DNA of 64,000 nt from contig OX597820.1 of assembly GCA_951406725.2 (NCBI GenBank), positions 93,558,001 through 93,622,000 on the forward strand, read 5' to 3'. Both the position numbers and the translations under genes were made by a program. Each line of letters starts with the position of its first letter. Position 1 is the first letter of the stretch. Under the pieces are notes generated by a model. The model ran no database searches. It was not told where the DNA came from and worked only from the letters and a program-made list of their open reading frames with translations. This stretch comes from Octopus vulgaris (taxonomy: Eukaryota). Below are positions 12,700-24,613 of the stretch, in pieces.

Positions 12700-13935
12700 A
12701 ATTAAAATATATACTGAGACCAAAGATAGTTATGCGTTCATATTTAGACGTGTTCTGTATTTTTCGATAAATAAATTTTCTTTATTTAAACGTTCTTTTA
12801 CAGAAATTGTTTCTTTACACCGGTAGATGGGGAAAACTGTGAAGTTTGGTTGGATATTACCTGCTCATCTCTCTATGAGTTCACTCAAAGGAATCTGTCT
12901 GTATTGCAGGAACCGGATCTGTTCCTTATGTAACGTGGTTCTCTGTCTCAGTGTCATACTTGTCTGTCCTACATAGTTATGTTCACAACCTGAAGTTTTA
13001 AGATAAATTAGATTCTTGGAAATTGGTTTTAATAGTGAGCCTCTCTCCTTGTTTGAATAGGAATTCCAAGCCTTCCAATAGGTTGGTGTGTGTTCCACAG
13101 ATTGGGCGTCTATCTTTTCTAACCATTGGTTTCGTGGTTGTTGTGTAAAGCTTCGCATTTGTTAGAAGTCTTTTCAGCGATTTGTGTTACTTTTTGCATT
13201 TGGTGAATTTATGTGCTTTCAGAATGTCGTTCATTTTTGGATGCCTAGTGAGCATAGGTAGATTTTGTACAATAGTGTTTTATGCCTCATTGTTTCTAGA
13301 GTTGTGAGTTGATATATACAGTAGTGTTTTGAGACGAGGTGTGGTGTTGGTGTTTTAATGTTTAATTTATCAGCACGCTTAGTTCCATGGCCTATAAGTG
13401 AGAGTGGATATTATTTTTCAGTTAGTGTTGCACTGAGGTCTTAAATAACGAAGGTCCCGAGTATTTCCATCAGACATTATTGTGCAAATCCTTTTTGCTA
13501 AATTAAAAGGGATATTTCTTTTGATGTGTTTCGGGTGGCATGAGCTAAACAGGGGGTATTGCTTCGAGTTCGTTAGTGTATGATAAATGTCAATTACAAT
13601 TTAGTTGTTGAGATTTTTTGTAGCTGTTCTTTGCTTTATTCCATTGTAAATTGAGTGTTAGGGTTTATATTATTTAGTATTGATTTAAATTCCAAAAGTT
13701 TATCAACGGTCTCCTTCCAAATGATAAATCAATCATCTAGGTATATTTTCCACTTCTCTCTTATATGGTGGTGAAATGGATATCCATATTTTCCCAGTGA
13801 CACTTCATATATAGTGAATTCAAAATATCCCATTAGTAGGTTCGCAAGAACAGGGACTGCTTTCGTTCCCATCGCAATTCCGCATTTTAGACGATAGTAG
13901 GTGTCATCAAATAGGAAATAATTGTTCTGAAGTAT
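12700..13935 (-). mobile_element. Penelope-like retroelement relic (RT C-terminal half and GIY-YIG endonuclease)
   Basis: The minus strand encodes YRLKCGIAMGTKAVPVLANLLMGY, WKIYLDD, SCHPKHIKRNIPFNLAKRICTI and SKNLIYLKTSGCEHNYVGQTSMTLRQRTTLHKEQIR, with stops and frameshifts. Confidence 0.9.
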
Positions 13936-14344
13936 TAATTTTAAAGTTTCAATAATAAATTAATTAATGGTAAAATAAGTTTGATTAAAAATAATTGTAA
14001 GTCTGTTTATAATAATATTCACTTATATAAATCTAACAGCCTAAGAATAAAGACACTGTACTTATATATATATACACACCAAAAAAAATAAATAAACGTA
14101 CACTAAGCATACAAACGCTAATACATGCATACATACATACATATATACAAACACACAGGTAAAATATAAATATGAATGTATGTATGTATATATGTATGTA
14201 TGCATGCATGTATGTATGAATGTATGTATGTATGTACGTATGTATGTGTGTATGTATGTATGTGTGTGTGTATGTATGTATGTATGTATGTATGTATGTA
14301 TGTATGTATGTATGTATGTATGTATGTATGTATGTATATATATA

Positions 14345-14710
14345 CAGTCGACTAAAACGGGTTTTTAAAGATATCGAATACCAGAAGAGATTTGTTTATT
14401 TTATTGTATTTTATTCTTTATTATAATTTTAGTATTATTTTTATTGTTTACTTAATTACTTCCATTGCATTTATTTGTCATCATTGATTGTAATGCGATG
14501 GTGATGACAGAGTTTCAATGAGCTCATTAAAAATTTTTGGGTGCTTTTCGGCTGTCACTAAGTTTTCTCATTTAAATTTCGCCGAGGTCAAAATTTCTAT
14601 TATATTATATTGCATTATTAATTAAATTTTTTAATTTTTTCAATCCACAATTTTAAGTTACACTATTTTAATATTCAATATACCAGACAAACGGGTTTAA
14701 ATATACTAGT
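14345..14710 (+). mobile_element. Possible non-autonomous Helitron 3' end
   Basis: An imperfect hairpin ACCAG-ACAAA-CGGGT sits about 10 nt before a terminal CTAG|T (14706-14710). No 5' end was confirmed. Confidence 0.35.
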
Positions 14711-15411
14711 GTGTGTATATACGTTATGGTGTATATACGTTTGTTTATGTGTATATATATATTATATTATATTTTATATATATATATTATATTATATATT
14801 ATATATATATAAAAGTAAAACCACACCCTTTACAAAAATAATAATATATATATACATATGTATATTATATATATATATATATGATTATGTTTCTTACTTG
14901 TAAAGGGTGGGGTTATACTTTTCTTATCCTGTTGTCAATTAGATACTTATAATGAATAGCTTCCTAGATTCTGAGCCAGGATTTGAAACTGAATGTACAT
15001 TTTTCTACCAGTTCCTTTCCTGTTGTTCTCGGCTTTTGTTCCCAGAAATTTATGAGAGTCAACTGTCACACTTAGTTCTATTGTTTAAGTTAACATTCTT
15101 GGGTTAAGTACATTCCGAGAGAGATAACGCCATTATATTCCATTGTTCTCTGACCTATATCCAGCTTTCCAACATATATAACTACAGTAACCAAATTCAG
15201 TTCTTTCCTTTTTTTTCTTTTGGCGCCGACGTAGGAAGCACTTTAGACAAGGAACTATACAGGCTCTATTTGTCTAGACTCTTACTCATCATCTCTGCTT
15301 GTCTTGACTATTTTACTCTTTCTCTCTCCTTTTCCCACCAGTTTTCTAGCTGTCAGCAAAGGATGAAGTCAACCACCTACAGAATGGATAACAGAACGAC
15401 GAAATAATTTA

Positions 15412-15727
15412 TAAAGTGTACTAGCCATCTGAATGTGGCTAGCCACTGGGGGTGGGTGCTACTGACGCTTTTAGCCCCAGGAGATCGACGTCTCCAGCTG
15501 GCCTTAGACACAATTTCAGTGCCCTTGTGTTATTTGCAAAGGGAGGTCATCCTCCCTCGAAAACCTAAGTGATACATACGGACTATAGTTTCAAGGTTTT
15601 TGCAAATAACACAAGGGCATAGAAATTGTGTCTAAGGCCAGCTGGAGACGTCGATCTCCTGGGGCTAAAAGCGTCAGTAACACCCACCCCCAGTGGCTAG
15701 CCACATTCAGATGGCTAGTACACTTTA
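15412..15727. repeat. Fold-back with 129-bp inverted arms and a 58-bp spacer
   Basis: 15412-15540 is the reverse complement of 15599-15727 with only a few mismatches. Confidence 0.95.
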
Positions 15728-16020
15728 CGTTGTCGAGCGGTTACTGTTTACATCTCGCTCGGAGATTTATTAATGAAATAGTTTGTATATAACAACAAGT
15801 CGAAGATGTATCTTACATGGTAACTATGAAAATAAAGAGTCATTTCAACCAATTAATAAAATTTTTCTTCTTATTTATTAGATGACTATAAACCGTTACA
15901 ATTTGATGATTCCGACGTACTATCAGGTGTACATTATCGTTACAGACTTCTACATTTGAAACCAGACGGTGGTTTGTCTCTCACTTTGACTCATTATATA
16001 ACCAATATTCCTGCTCCTCA

Positions 16021-16225
16021 AGGCGATTAACTGACAGAATCGTTAGCATGCCGGGCAAGATGTTTAGCGGCGTTCTGAGTTCAAATTCCATTTAGATCGA
16101 CTTTGCTTTTTATCCTTTCGAGGTCGATAAAATAAGAATAAGAACCAGTTGAGTGCTGGGGTCGACGTAATCGACTTATTACCTCCGCCGAAATTGCTGG
16201 CCTTGTGCCAAAATTTGAAATCAAT
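16021..16225 (+). mobile_element. OR-like tRNA-SINE
   Basis: Same consensus as 3362-3990. Confidence 0.8.
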
Positions 16226-16595
16226 ATTTCTGCTCTCATCGCACCTCACTTAGTTTTTCTCTCAAGGTTTCTTTCAATCAATTTTTATTTATCTGAACAA
16301 CTTAAATATACAAAGCAAGAATAAAAAAAAAAGTTAACTAACTTCATTTATTGGAATATAATAAGCTTTGTCTAGACAATAGATTTGGCTTTTCTATCAT
16401 TCCCCGACAGATTAGTTACTTATTACTAGAACAACGCACTCACTTGATACCTGTATTTTTTGTCTCCTCCTCGTAAATTTTGGTTTCCGTCCGTCTGTTT
16501 CTCTTTACCAGTCTCTCCCCGCCCCTTTCTCTCCGCCTCAGTATTTAACAAGAGCGAAATACTACATTTCTTTTCTTTTTCTTTCCTCCTTTCCT

Positions 16596-16627
<32 letters not shown>

Positions 16628-16982
16628 ATTCTCTTACTCTTACACGCACACACAATCCAGCAACTATATCTCATCGTTATCTCCTAACAATTCCTCTCGT
16701 CCTATTTTTTTTCTCAAACGAAAGTTTTTGAAAATCAGAACAACCCAATTACGTAAAAGTCTTTTCAGGAAGATAATAATTCTTTTCTTCTATTTTTACC
16801 TCTTCCTATCAACAAAGCATTTCACATTGATGTGAACTCCTTACCTGGAATTTATAATGTTAAAAAAAAATATCGGCCTTAAGATGAAAATTATCAAACT
16901 TTCCTTTTATACTAAGTATCCTAATATTTTTGCATTTGTTTGATATTAACTTGTGAATGAAAGGCGGCAAGCTGGCAGAATC

Positions 16983-17024
<42 letters not shown>

Positions 17025-17026
<2 letters not shown>

Positions 17027-17344
17027 CCAGTTCAGTGCCTGGAATCGAACTCGGAATCTTGAGGTTAGTAGCCCGCGCTCTTAACCACTACACCATATGC
17101 CCGTGGGCATATTGTGTGTAGGGGTTAAGAGCGCGGGCTAAATAATAACAACAACAACAACAACAACAACATCGAAAATACCTTAGGAATGAGAACTGAG
17201 GTTCGAAATTTCCCCCAAGACATCTGATGAACGCTGGAGGGCCGAAACGTTGTGTTAACAACAAACAAGACGAGGACAAATATGTGTCAATTGTAAGTAA
17301 TGTAAATAATGTACATAATTCCTCAACTCTTAAATATAGAACTG
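17025..17344 (+). mobile_element. tRNA-headed, hammerhead-bearing short element with an inverted head
   Basis: A tRNA-like head on the minus strand (17035-17102) has an A box TGGTGTAGTGG and a B box GAGTTCGATTCC. It is followed by an inverted partial head (17105-17140), (AAC)n, and the hammerhead gacat CTGATGA a cgc-tggagg-gcc GAAA cg TT gtgtt at 17219-17256. Confidence 0.7.
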
Positions 17345-17554
17345 GAAGAGTCCTATTAAGAATTTGTGTGAGCACTGTAGGGTCTTATAGTCTACTGGCA
17401 TTCAGCCTAACACTCTCGTCAACTAATCTTTGCATGTATTTATGTAAATACATTCATTGAAAACTTCACACGGTGACTTGGTTTTAATATAGGGAACAAC
17501 ACACAGCCTAGCCAAAATATCAGTTACCCAGTTAACCAGCTTCCACAGCTGCTT

Positions 17555-17920
17555 TGACATCTGTCGTCGGCGTTAACTCATATCCAAGTAGTAAACATGT
17601 AGCGAGCGATTGAACCTCTTCATCCTGATAGGTTCGAAGGGTACCGGTGCATAAGGTGGCTATTCTGGCCAACGGCAGTATAGAAGGGTCAGAGGGAATT
17701 TATCGCATTGTACGGTTGACGGAGGACGAAGAAGTGCAAATCTCCCTTTCTGTCTTCGACGTCTAATCTCTGCCTCATGACTTCTGTTATTTTCCATCTA
17801 GTCCGTTCCCTTGAAGATGACATGCCGCCACTTTGGACGGTCCTTGGTGATTGTCTCCCAGGTATTTGGGTCAATAGAACAGCGGAGGAGAGTAACCTTG
17901 GGTTAGTCATGGAAACGGAA
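17555..17920 (-). mobile_element. LINE (RTE-like) 3' fragment with a decayed C-terminal zinc finger
   Basis: Translates as IDPNTWETITKDRPKWRHVIFKG...RRRRQKGR...QCDK...GQNSHLMH across frameshifts. Confidence 0.65.
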
Positions 17921-18877
17921 TTTAAGGGCTCCGCGTGGTCTGGTGTCTGAGCTCAACTCCGCAAAGATAATTTTTCTGCCTTGGCAACAATATTATCTCA
18001 AAACATTGACAAACACTGCTCTGGCGTCCATAGTACTGTTGAATCTAATGCAATGAGTGTGAACAGAAGAAACAGCATAACTGTTGTTAGACAGAAAGTT
18101 TGCATGAGTCTATCGAGAAGTCATCATCAGTTGACCACTTCTGTCCTATATCACTTCTCAAGGTAGAAAGATGGTAAGGTGTTTTGCATTGAATGAGCTT
18201 ATAGACATGTTAGTACAGAAAACTTGTGGCGCAAGTTCCCCAGGCTCTCTTGATCACGGTCAGAGAAATTAGTGTCCCATTCTGCATGTTATGAAGGGAA
18301 GAAATTACTTTCAAGTTGTCTGGTTTGGCCTGGTAAATCCATATGGATCAATTCCTCGAAAGTGTTGGATATCTATGCTGCTCACGATTGAAGGAAATAA
18401 TTTCTCATACGTTACCATAAATCAGAGTTTATGCTATCTACTATCAATTCACGCTCAAGTGACAGGCAACAAACAAAAGTTAGCTTTCACTTTCAAGCAT
18501 TAGAGAGCCAGCTGAATTGCCATCGCTGGTAGACAGCGATGGCAATTCTATTCGACTGTGTGGTGTGGTTGACGCCATAACTATTCTGAGTAAATCTTCA
18601 AGACACAGCATAAAATTATACAATTGTTTCGCTTGAAAAGAATTACTGTGTACCGAATCCTTTTCATTGTATGTAGGAGCACATTGTTAAATGCGTTCTT
18701 TGTTTTCTTGATATGGTAGGGTATGATTTAAAAAGATTTAGTTGCTATTTTTAGCACATTGAAAAATCCGATACATACTCTCTCACAGGTTCGTGTTGGT
18801 TTTCTTATCAATTGATCGAGTGTAGTGCGTTGTCAGAATCGTTAGAGCATCGGATAAAATGCGTGAAGTATTTCTTC

Positions 18878-19589
18878 TGTGGCTATAAGATGTTGTAACC
18901 ACTTGTGCATGAGCTGATAGCTAACTGCTAGAAGCTGTATGTGACTGCTAATATTGTGAGCTGGCTGGTAGCTGTTGGGTGCTAGTTGTTATTTCTAGCA
19001 TCGGAGGTTAACAGTTGTACATAGAAGATAAACGTCGAAATCTGCTGAGATTTTTACGAACTAACTTTATTTCTGATAGAGAGAGTTTGAATGTTGTGCT
19101 CGGTGTAACTGAAATAGTATTATGACAAATGTTGAGAGAGTTTAAATGTTACTGAAATAGTATTACCGTAAATGTTGAGAGAGTTTGGATGTTATTGTAA
19201 TTGAAATAATATTTGAAAAGTTATTGCTAGTCATTATGTTGCTGGGCATAGTTCATCATGATAATATTGGCTAAGTTCAACCGCTGTCCGTGTCTGTTCA
19301 CCACGTCGTCTGTCAGTCGTCTCTACTACGTCCCAAAATCTCTCTCTGACTGCTGGCTGTCACTATGTTGATATTATTCGGACCGAGAGGCTCAGGAAGG
19401 AAGGTGCCAAAAACTTGCTATTAGTCGCTGGAGCCCTATTCCACGTGAAGCAATGATTGGCCAGATCCCATTGATCACGTGGACAATATTCTTTCCGTGC
19501 GAAATCATGATTGGTCAGCTTCGTTGAACATGTGAGCAACATTCCAGCGAATCGCGATATTCGGGTAAATACTGAATAGTCTCACTACA
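18878..19589 (-). mobile_element. Solo LTR (712 bp, TG...CA, 4-bp TSD CTTC) inserted into a SINE
   Basis: Termini TGTGG...CTACA with CTTC at 18874-18877 and 19590-19593. The host SINE resumes after the insert. AATAAA lies on the minus strand at ~19066-19071. A 4-bp TSD is typical of many Gypsy/Ty3 elements. Confidence 0.8.
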
Positions 19590-20033
19590 CTTCCTTACGT
19601 TCTAAATTCAAATCCCGCTCAGATCAACTTGCCTCTCATCCTTATGGGGTCGATAAAATAAAATAAAAACAGTTAAATATCGGGATCAATGTAATCGACT
19701 GCCTTTCCTCAAGGCTGCTAGCTTTGTGCCTAAATTAGATCACTTATTATCAATTGGTCAAAAGCAGTGGACAGCAAACTCGGTGGAGCATCGCATTAAA
19801 TATTTTGAAATATTTAACTTATACTGCTTCATGTTTCTGAATTAAAATACAATTGAGGGTTGACTTCGAAATTCATCAAGTATCAATAAAATAATTAACC
19901 GTTAATTACAAGTAGAATAAAATTTATTAATACCAATTTTAATTTTAACACTAAGACTTGAACTTATTAATAATCAATTACGTCAAATTGATACCAATTT
20001 TAACATATCTGACTTTTTTTCATTCTTCTAGAG

Positions 20034-20150
20034 TAGTGTTTCTCAATATATATTGAAATTAGCATTAGCTTATCTCATTCTGTCTCGCGGAGCCTCTAGG
20101 AACCTCTGCGGAACCCTAGGGTTCCGGGAAATCCCGGTTGAGAAATGCTG
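20034..20150. mobile_element. hAT (Charlie-like) MITE
   Basis: TIRs TAGTGTTTCTCAA / TTGAGAAATGCTG. The 8-bp TSD TTCTAGAG/CTCTAGAG matches the NTCTAGAN preference. Confidence 0.75.
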
Positions 20151-20829
20151 CTCTAGAGTCTAGACTCGTCCCTGGCGAGATGATTTCAAGAGAAGTCGTT
20201 TTTAGAGGGTTAGAGTGAAATAAACATTGTACTTCATCTTTTGAATCTGAAGAAAAGATAATGCTGTATGCCATTATTATAGAAACTCAGTACAAGAAGT
20301 GGCAGATCATATCGAACATATGTGCAGTAGTTGCTGGAAGGTACCAACCTTAACAAAACACTATGTTGCAGAGATAATGATGGATAGGAAAACGAGGGAG
20401 AAACTGGTCAATGTGATTCGAGATGGTATGACAAGACAACCAGAATCGATAATTGATAAATTTAATACATGCCGCGTAAGAATTGGTGTGTTAGTTATCT
20501 GAGGAATCACTTATCTGTGTGACTTTGATGATGCTGTAGCATTGGATTTGAACCCATTTTTTTTTTCCACATACGAATTTCAAATCGCAATTTAATCGCG
20601 GGTTGACCATGTATGCAATCGATATCTTGTCCGATCGACGGCTGTTGTTTGCGGGATAGTTCTGTAGCCCATCTGGAACTTTGCGTAAGTAAAGCCTATA
20701 AGTACAGTCAATAAAAGCACCTTCTCTTCTAATGTCTTAGGTCGAGCTTCGAATTATACTCTCTATATAGCTGTTTTAATGGCTGCATATTCTATAGAGG
20801 ATATCGAAGAAGGGGACATGACACACACC

Positions 20830-20987
20830 TCTCTTTTTTACTCTTTTACTTGTTTCAGTCATTTAACTGCGGCCATGCTGGAGCACCGCCTTTTTAATCG
20901 AGCAACTCGACCCCGGGATTATTCTTTTGTAAGCCCAGTACTTATTCTATCGGTCTCTTTTGCCGAACCGCTAAGTAACGGGGAAAC
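20830..20987 (-). mobile_element. 3' tail of an OK-like SINE directly downstream of 7SL
   Basis: CCCCGTTACTTAGCGGTTCGGCAAAAGAGACCGATAGAATAAGTACTGGGC...GAAACAAGTAAAAGAGTAAAAAAGAGAG, matching the tail at 58638-58790. Confidence 0.85.
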
Positions 20988-20989
20988 TT

Positions 20990-21288
20990 AAAAAGGTTGG
21001 AGTTCAATTATATCGAACAGGCTGCCAGCCGACGACTATTCACAGGCGCGATCCCACTACTGCTCGACACGGGGCCTTTTGCCTGCTGCGTTTCCGCCCT
21101 GGGCCAAAGCGACCCTCCTTAGACAACCTGGTCCTGATGAGCTCCCTCTCCAGCACCATATTGATGCCGAGCTTAGCGCGGACACCCGATCGCCATAGAA
21201 GACCGACTACCAGGACTCCCATCCTCAAACCGGTCAACCAACCAAGCCTCCGAGTAGCTGGATTACAGGAGCACGCCACGACACCTGT
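20990..21288 (-). ncRNA. 7SL: 7SL signal recognition particle RNA, full length (~295 nt); gene or very recent retrocopy
   Basis: The minus strand carries CCTGTAATCCAGCTACTCGGAGGCT (Alu domain), GATCGGGTGTCCGCGCTAAGCTCGGCATCAATATGGTG, CCAGGGCGGAAACGCAGCAGG (helix 8 GGAA loop) and AGTAGTGGGATCGCGCCTGTGAATAG, colinear with metazoan 7SL. It ends in TTTTT (Pol III terminator, 20990-20994). Confidence 0.95.
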
Positions 21289-21717
21289 ATATTTTTTTGA
21301 AACTTCAAACAGACATTTTCCTTGCATGTCATAATTACGTTATTTCCACCTTACTGTTACCATTAGTTGTAATGCATGAACATCTTTTCATACTAATGCA
21401 ACACAATAAATTATGTTCAACAGCTTACGCAGTGTCGTGAAATTACCACACAAATTCTGTTAATTTGATTTTATATGGGAACAACACACAGCCTAAAAAA
21501 TAATCAATAACCCATCATCCACAGATATAATTGGTGGCCCCGACGTGATTATTTTTGGCCGGTGATGCAGGTATGGTGAATTGGTAGTTGAAGGTAAGCT
21601 TACAGGAAGCAGTGGTATTTGTTCGTTTTAAATATATAGCACATGTTATGGATAACAACGCCATTGGTTATGGGTTTCCATTGTACCAATCATTAGTTTA
21701 CTATGTTTCCAATTGTA

Positions 21718-22991
21718 TTGGATTGGTAACTAAGTTCCCGCCGGTTTTTCTTTTTATTTAAATTTTTTAAAAGGTTTAATAAAAAAATGACAACTAATTA
21801 ATCAATTCACCCTTGTTTACAACTTCTTCCAAATGTTCAATAAGATTTTCAGTACCTCGTTGGTAGAAATCACCCGATTTCGACTCGAAAAATTGATCCA
21901 ACGAAGCTCTCAATTCTGCATCAGTACTGAACGAAGCTCCGCGCATAGCGTTTGAGAGAGGTGGAAATCCGTTGGTGCCAAATCAGGAGAGTACGGCGGG
22001 TGTGGCAGCACTTCCCAGCCATGCGTTTGAATGGCTTCCTTGGTCATATTAGTGATATGAGGGCGGGCGTTGTTGTGCAGCAGTAGAACTCCATGCTGTC
22101 AATTAGGTCTTTTCTCGTCAATAGCTGTGTTGAGTCGTTCCATCTGTTGAACATAGAGTTCCGCGTTGACCGTTTGGTTCCGTTCAAGCAATTCGTAATG
22201 GATAACCCCTTCCCAGTCGCACCATACGCACAACATCGTTTTACGCAGATGAAGATCTTGTTTCACGCGCGGTGACACTTGTTTACCGGGGTTAAGCCAT
22301 TCCTTACGCTGCTTCATATTGATGTACAGGCACCATTTTTCGTCGACAGTAACGATTCGGTAAAGAAATCGTTGCTTGTGTCCATGAGTTGAGCGGTGAC
22401 GAGCAAGCAAACAAGCGGAGATTGTAGTTCGTAGATTTTTGTTGTTTCACTTAAAGCATGCGGAACCCATGCTCCATACTTCTGAACCTTTCCCATCGAG
22501 TGAAGATGCTTCTCTATAGCAGTGTGGGAGCATTCCATTTTCTCTGCCAGTTCCCTTGTGGTTTGACGAGATTTTTCGTGCAAAAGTTGGTTAAATCACT
22601 CTTCATCGAACTCAACTGGATGGCCAAAACGAAGTGCGTCTTTGAGGTCAAAATTTCCATTTTTGAACTTGGCATACCAATCACGAGCGGTTCTTTCAGC
22701 TATGGCACCCTCTCCATACACAGCACAAATGTCGGGAGCAGCTTTTGTGGCCTTAGAACCTTGATTAAAAGTAAAAAGATGTCGAAAATGCTCGTTTTTC
22801 TTAACTTGATCTGAAAATAAACAAAAATTAACTAAAATTAACTAGAAAAAAAGACAACAAAAAACAAAATAGATTCCAAAATGATTCAAAAATAGACTTC
22901 TCGGAAAAAAAAAAAAAACAGATTCCAAAATTTAAAAACGCAATAAATTCCAAAATTTAAAACAACAGCAGTAACTCAGTTGCCAACACAA
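21718..22991 (-). mobile_element. mariner (DD34D) transposon, complete and inactivated
   Basis: TA-flanked TIRs TTGGATTGGTAACTAAGTTCCCGCCG / CAGCAGTAACTCAGTTGCCAACACAA. Motifs WVPHAL, RIVTVDEKW, HNNARPH and HPPYSPDLAPTDF. Confidence 0.93.
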
Positions 22992-24109
22992 TAGACAAGA
23001 GAAAGTTTGCTTCAAACCGCAGGTTTATCGGTTTCCTCGCTGATACTCACGATCTTTGCATATATCCACCAGAAAAAGCACGAAACACACACATGCACAG
23101 TGGGCTTCTTTCAATTTCTGTCAACCAACTCCACTTACAAGACTTTGGCCAATTAAGGGCTATAGTAAGACGACACAAGCCCAAGGTGTTACCCAGAATT
23201 ATGTGTTCGGAAGCAAACGTTTTATCACCATGGCCACACATGCTGTTGTATAGATACATCTCGCAACTTAATCCCTAAATAGTTGATCAAAATAAATTCA
23301 TTTAATTCTTCTGTCAAGTAAAGCCTTGCACCAATTCCACAATATTCTATCAATCTCTTTGCCTTTAGATTCAGTGGTTCTCAACAGTTTTTCACCTATG
23401 GACCCTTTTGGTTCCTATTTTACTCTACTGGTTCCTCTAATCCATTCAATGTTTAAAAATATCCTATTATATTTTTATAATTAAATGTTCTTTTGTTTCT
23501 TTATTTTTTTTACTTGTTAAACTGCAGCCATGCTGGAGCACTGCCTTAAAAGGTTTTAGTCGAAGAAATCAACCATCCCAGGACTTATTCTTTGTACGTC
23601 TAATACTTATTATATCGATATCTTTTTACCGAACCGCTAAGTTATGGGGACATAAACACATTCCACTCGAAGTTCATCTCTCCATGTAAGACCAACCATC
23701 AGTATGTAGGTAGATGTCTAACTGGAACATCATATAAAAAATTTGCAATGACAATAATAAAATAATAAGAGATACCAATATGATGTTGGTTGTGGTGTGA
23801 AGTTAAGAAAATATGATATTGGAAATAGAAAAAAATGTGATGCTGAAAACAGAAGAAATTGAAAGAAAAAAAAAAGCATTAAAAAAAAAAAGAAAAACCA
23901 AGATTGTAGAATATTTATTTATTTATTTATTCCCCACTTCAATGATTATGGTCACATTGGCAGTGAAATAACAGAATGCACAAAACAACAGTTTGTATAT
24001 ATGTATGTGTTTATGTGTGTGTGTGTGTGTGTGTGTTATGTCATAGGTGTTTAAGTATATGCCAGTGATAACTTGAATATGAGTATATGTATATATGTAT
24101 ATATATATG

Positions 24110-24201
<92 letters not shown>

Positions 24202-24572
24202 GTATATATATATGTGTGTATATATATATATGTGTATGTATATATATATATGTATGTATGGGTGCCTTGCTTGCATCTGTGTGTGTGTGTCTGTGTGTAT
24301 GTGTGCATGTGTAATATATATATTATAAAAAGAGAGATAGAGAAAGAAAAAGAAGGAACAAACAAATGCTCGTTAAATGATCAAAGCATTAGTTTATTGA
24401 CAATATATTTTTGAAAACATTAGATATCAGCTGAATTTTTGATTTCCTTATCAAAAACATTTTCTTAAAAATAAATAAAATAATGACAACAATAGTAATA
24501 ATAATAATAATAATAATCAGAAGAAGAATATACGAATAATTAAAAGAAAATGAACTGAATGAAAAGAGACTG

Positions 24573-24613
<41 letters not shown>

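Noticed and set aside
17990-18500. Possible coding exon or TE ORF
   Set aside because: The frames I read contain stops and no recognisable motif.
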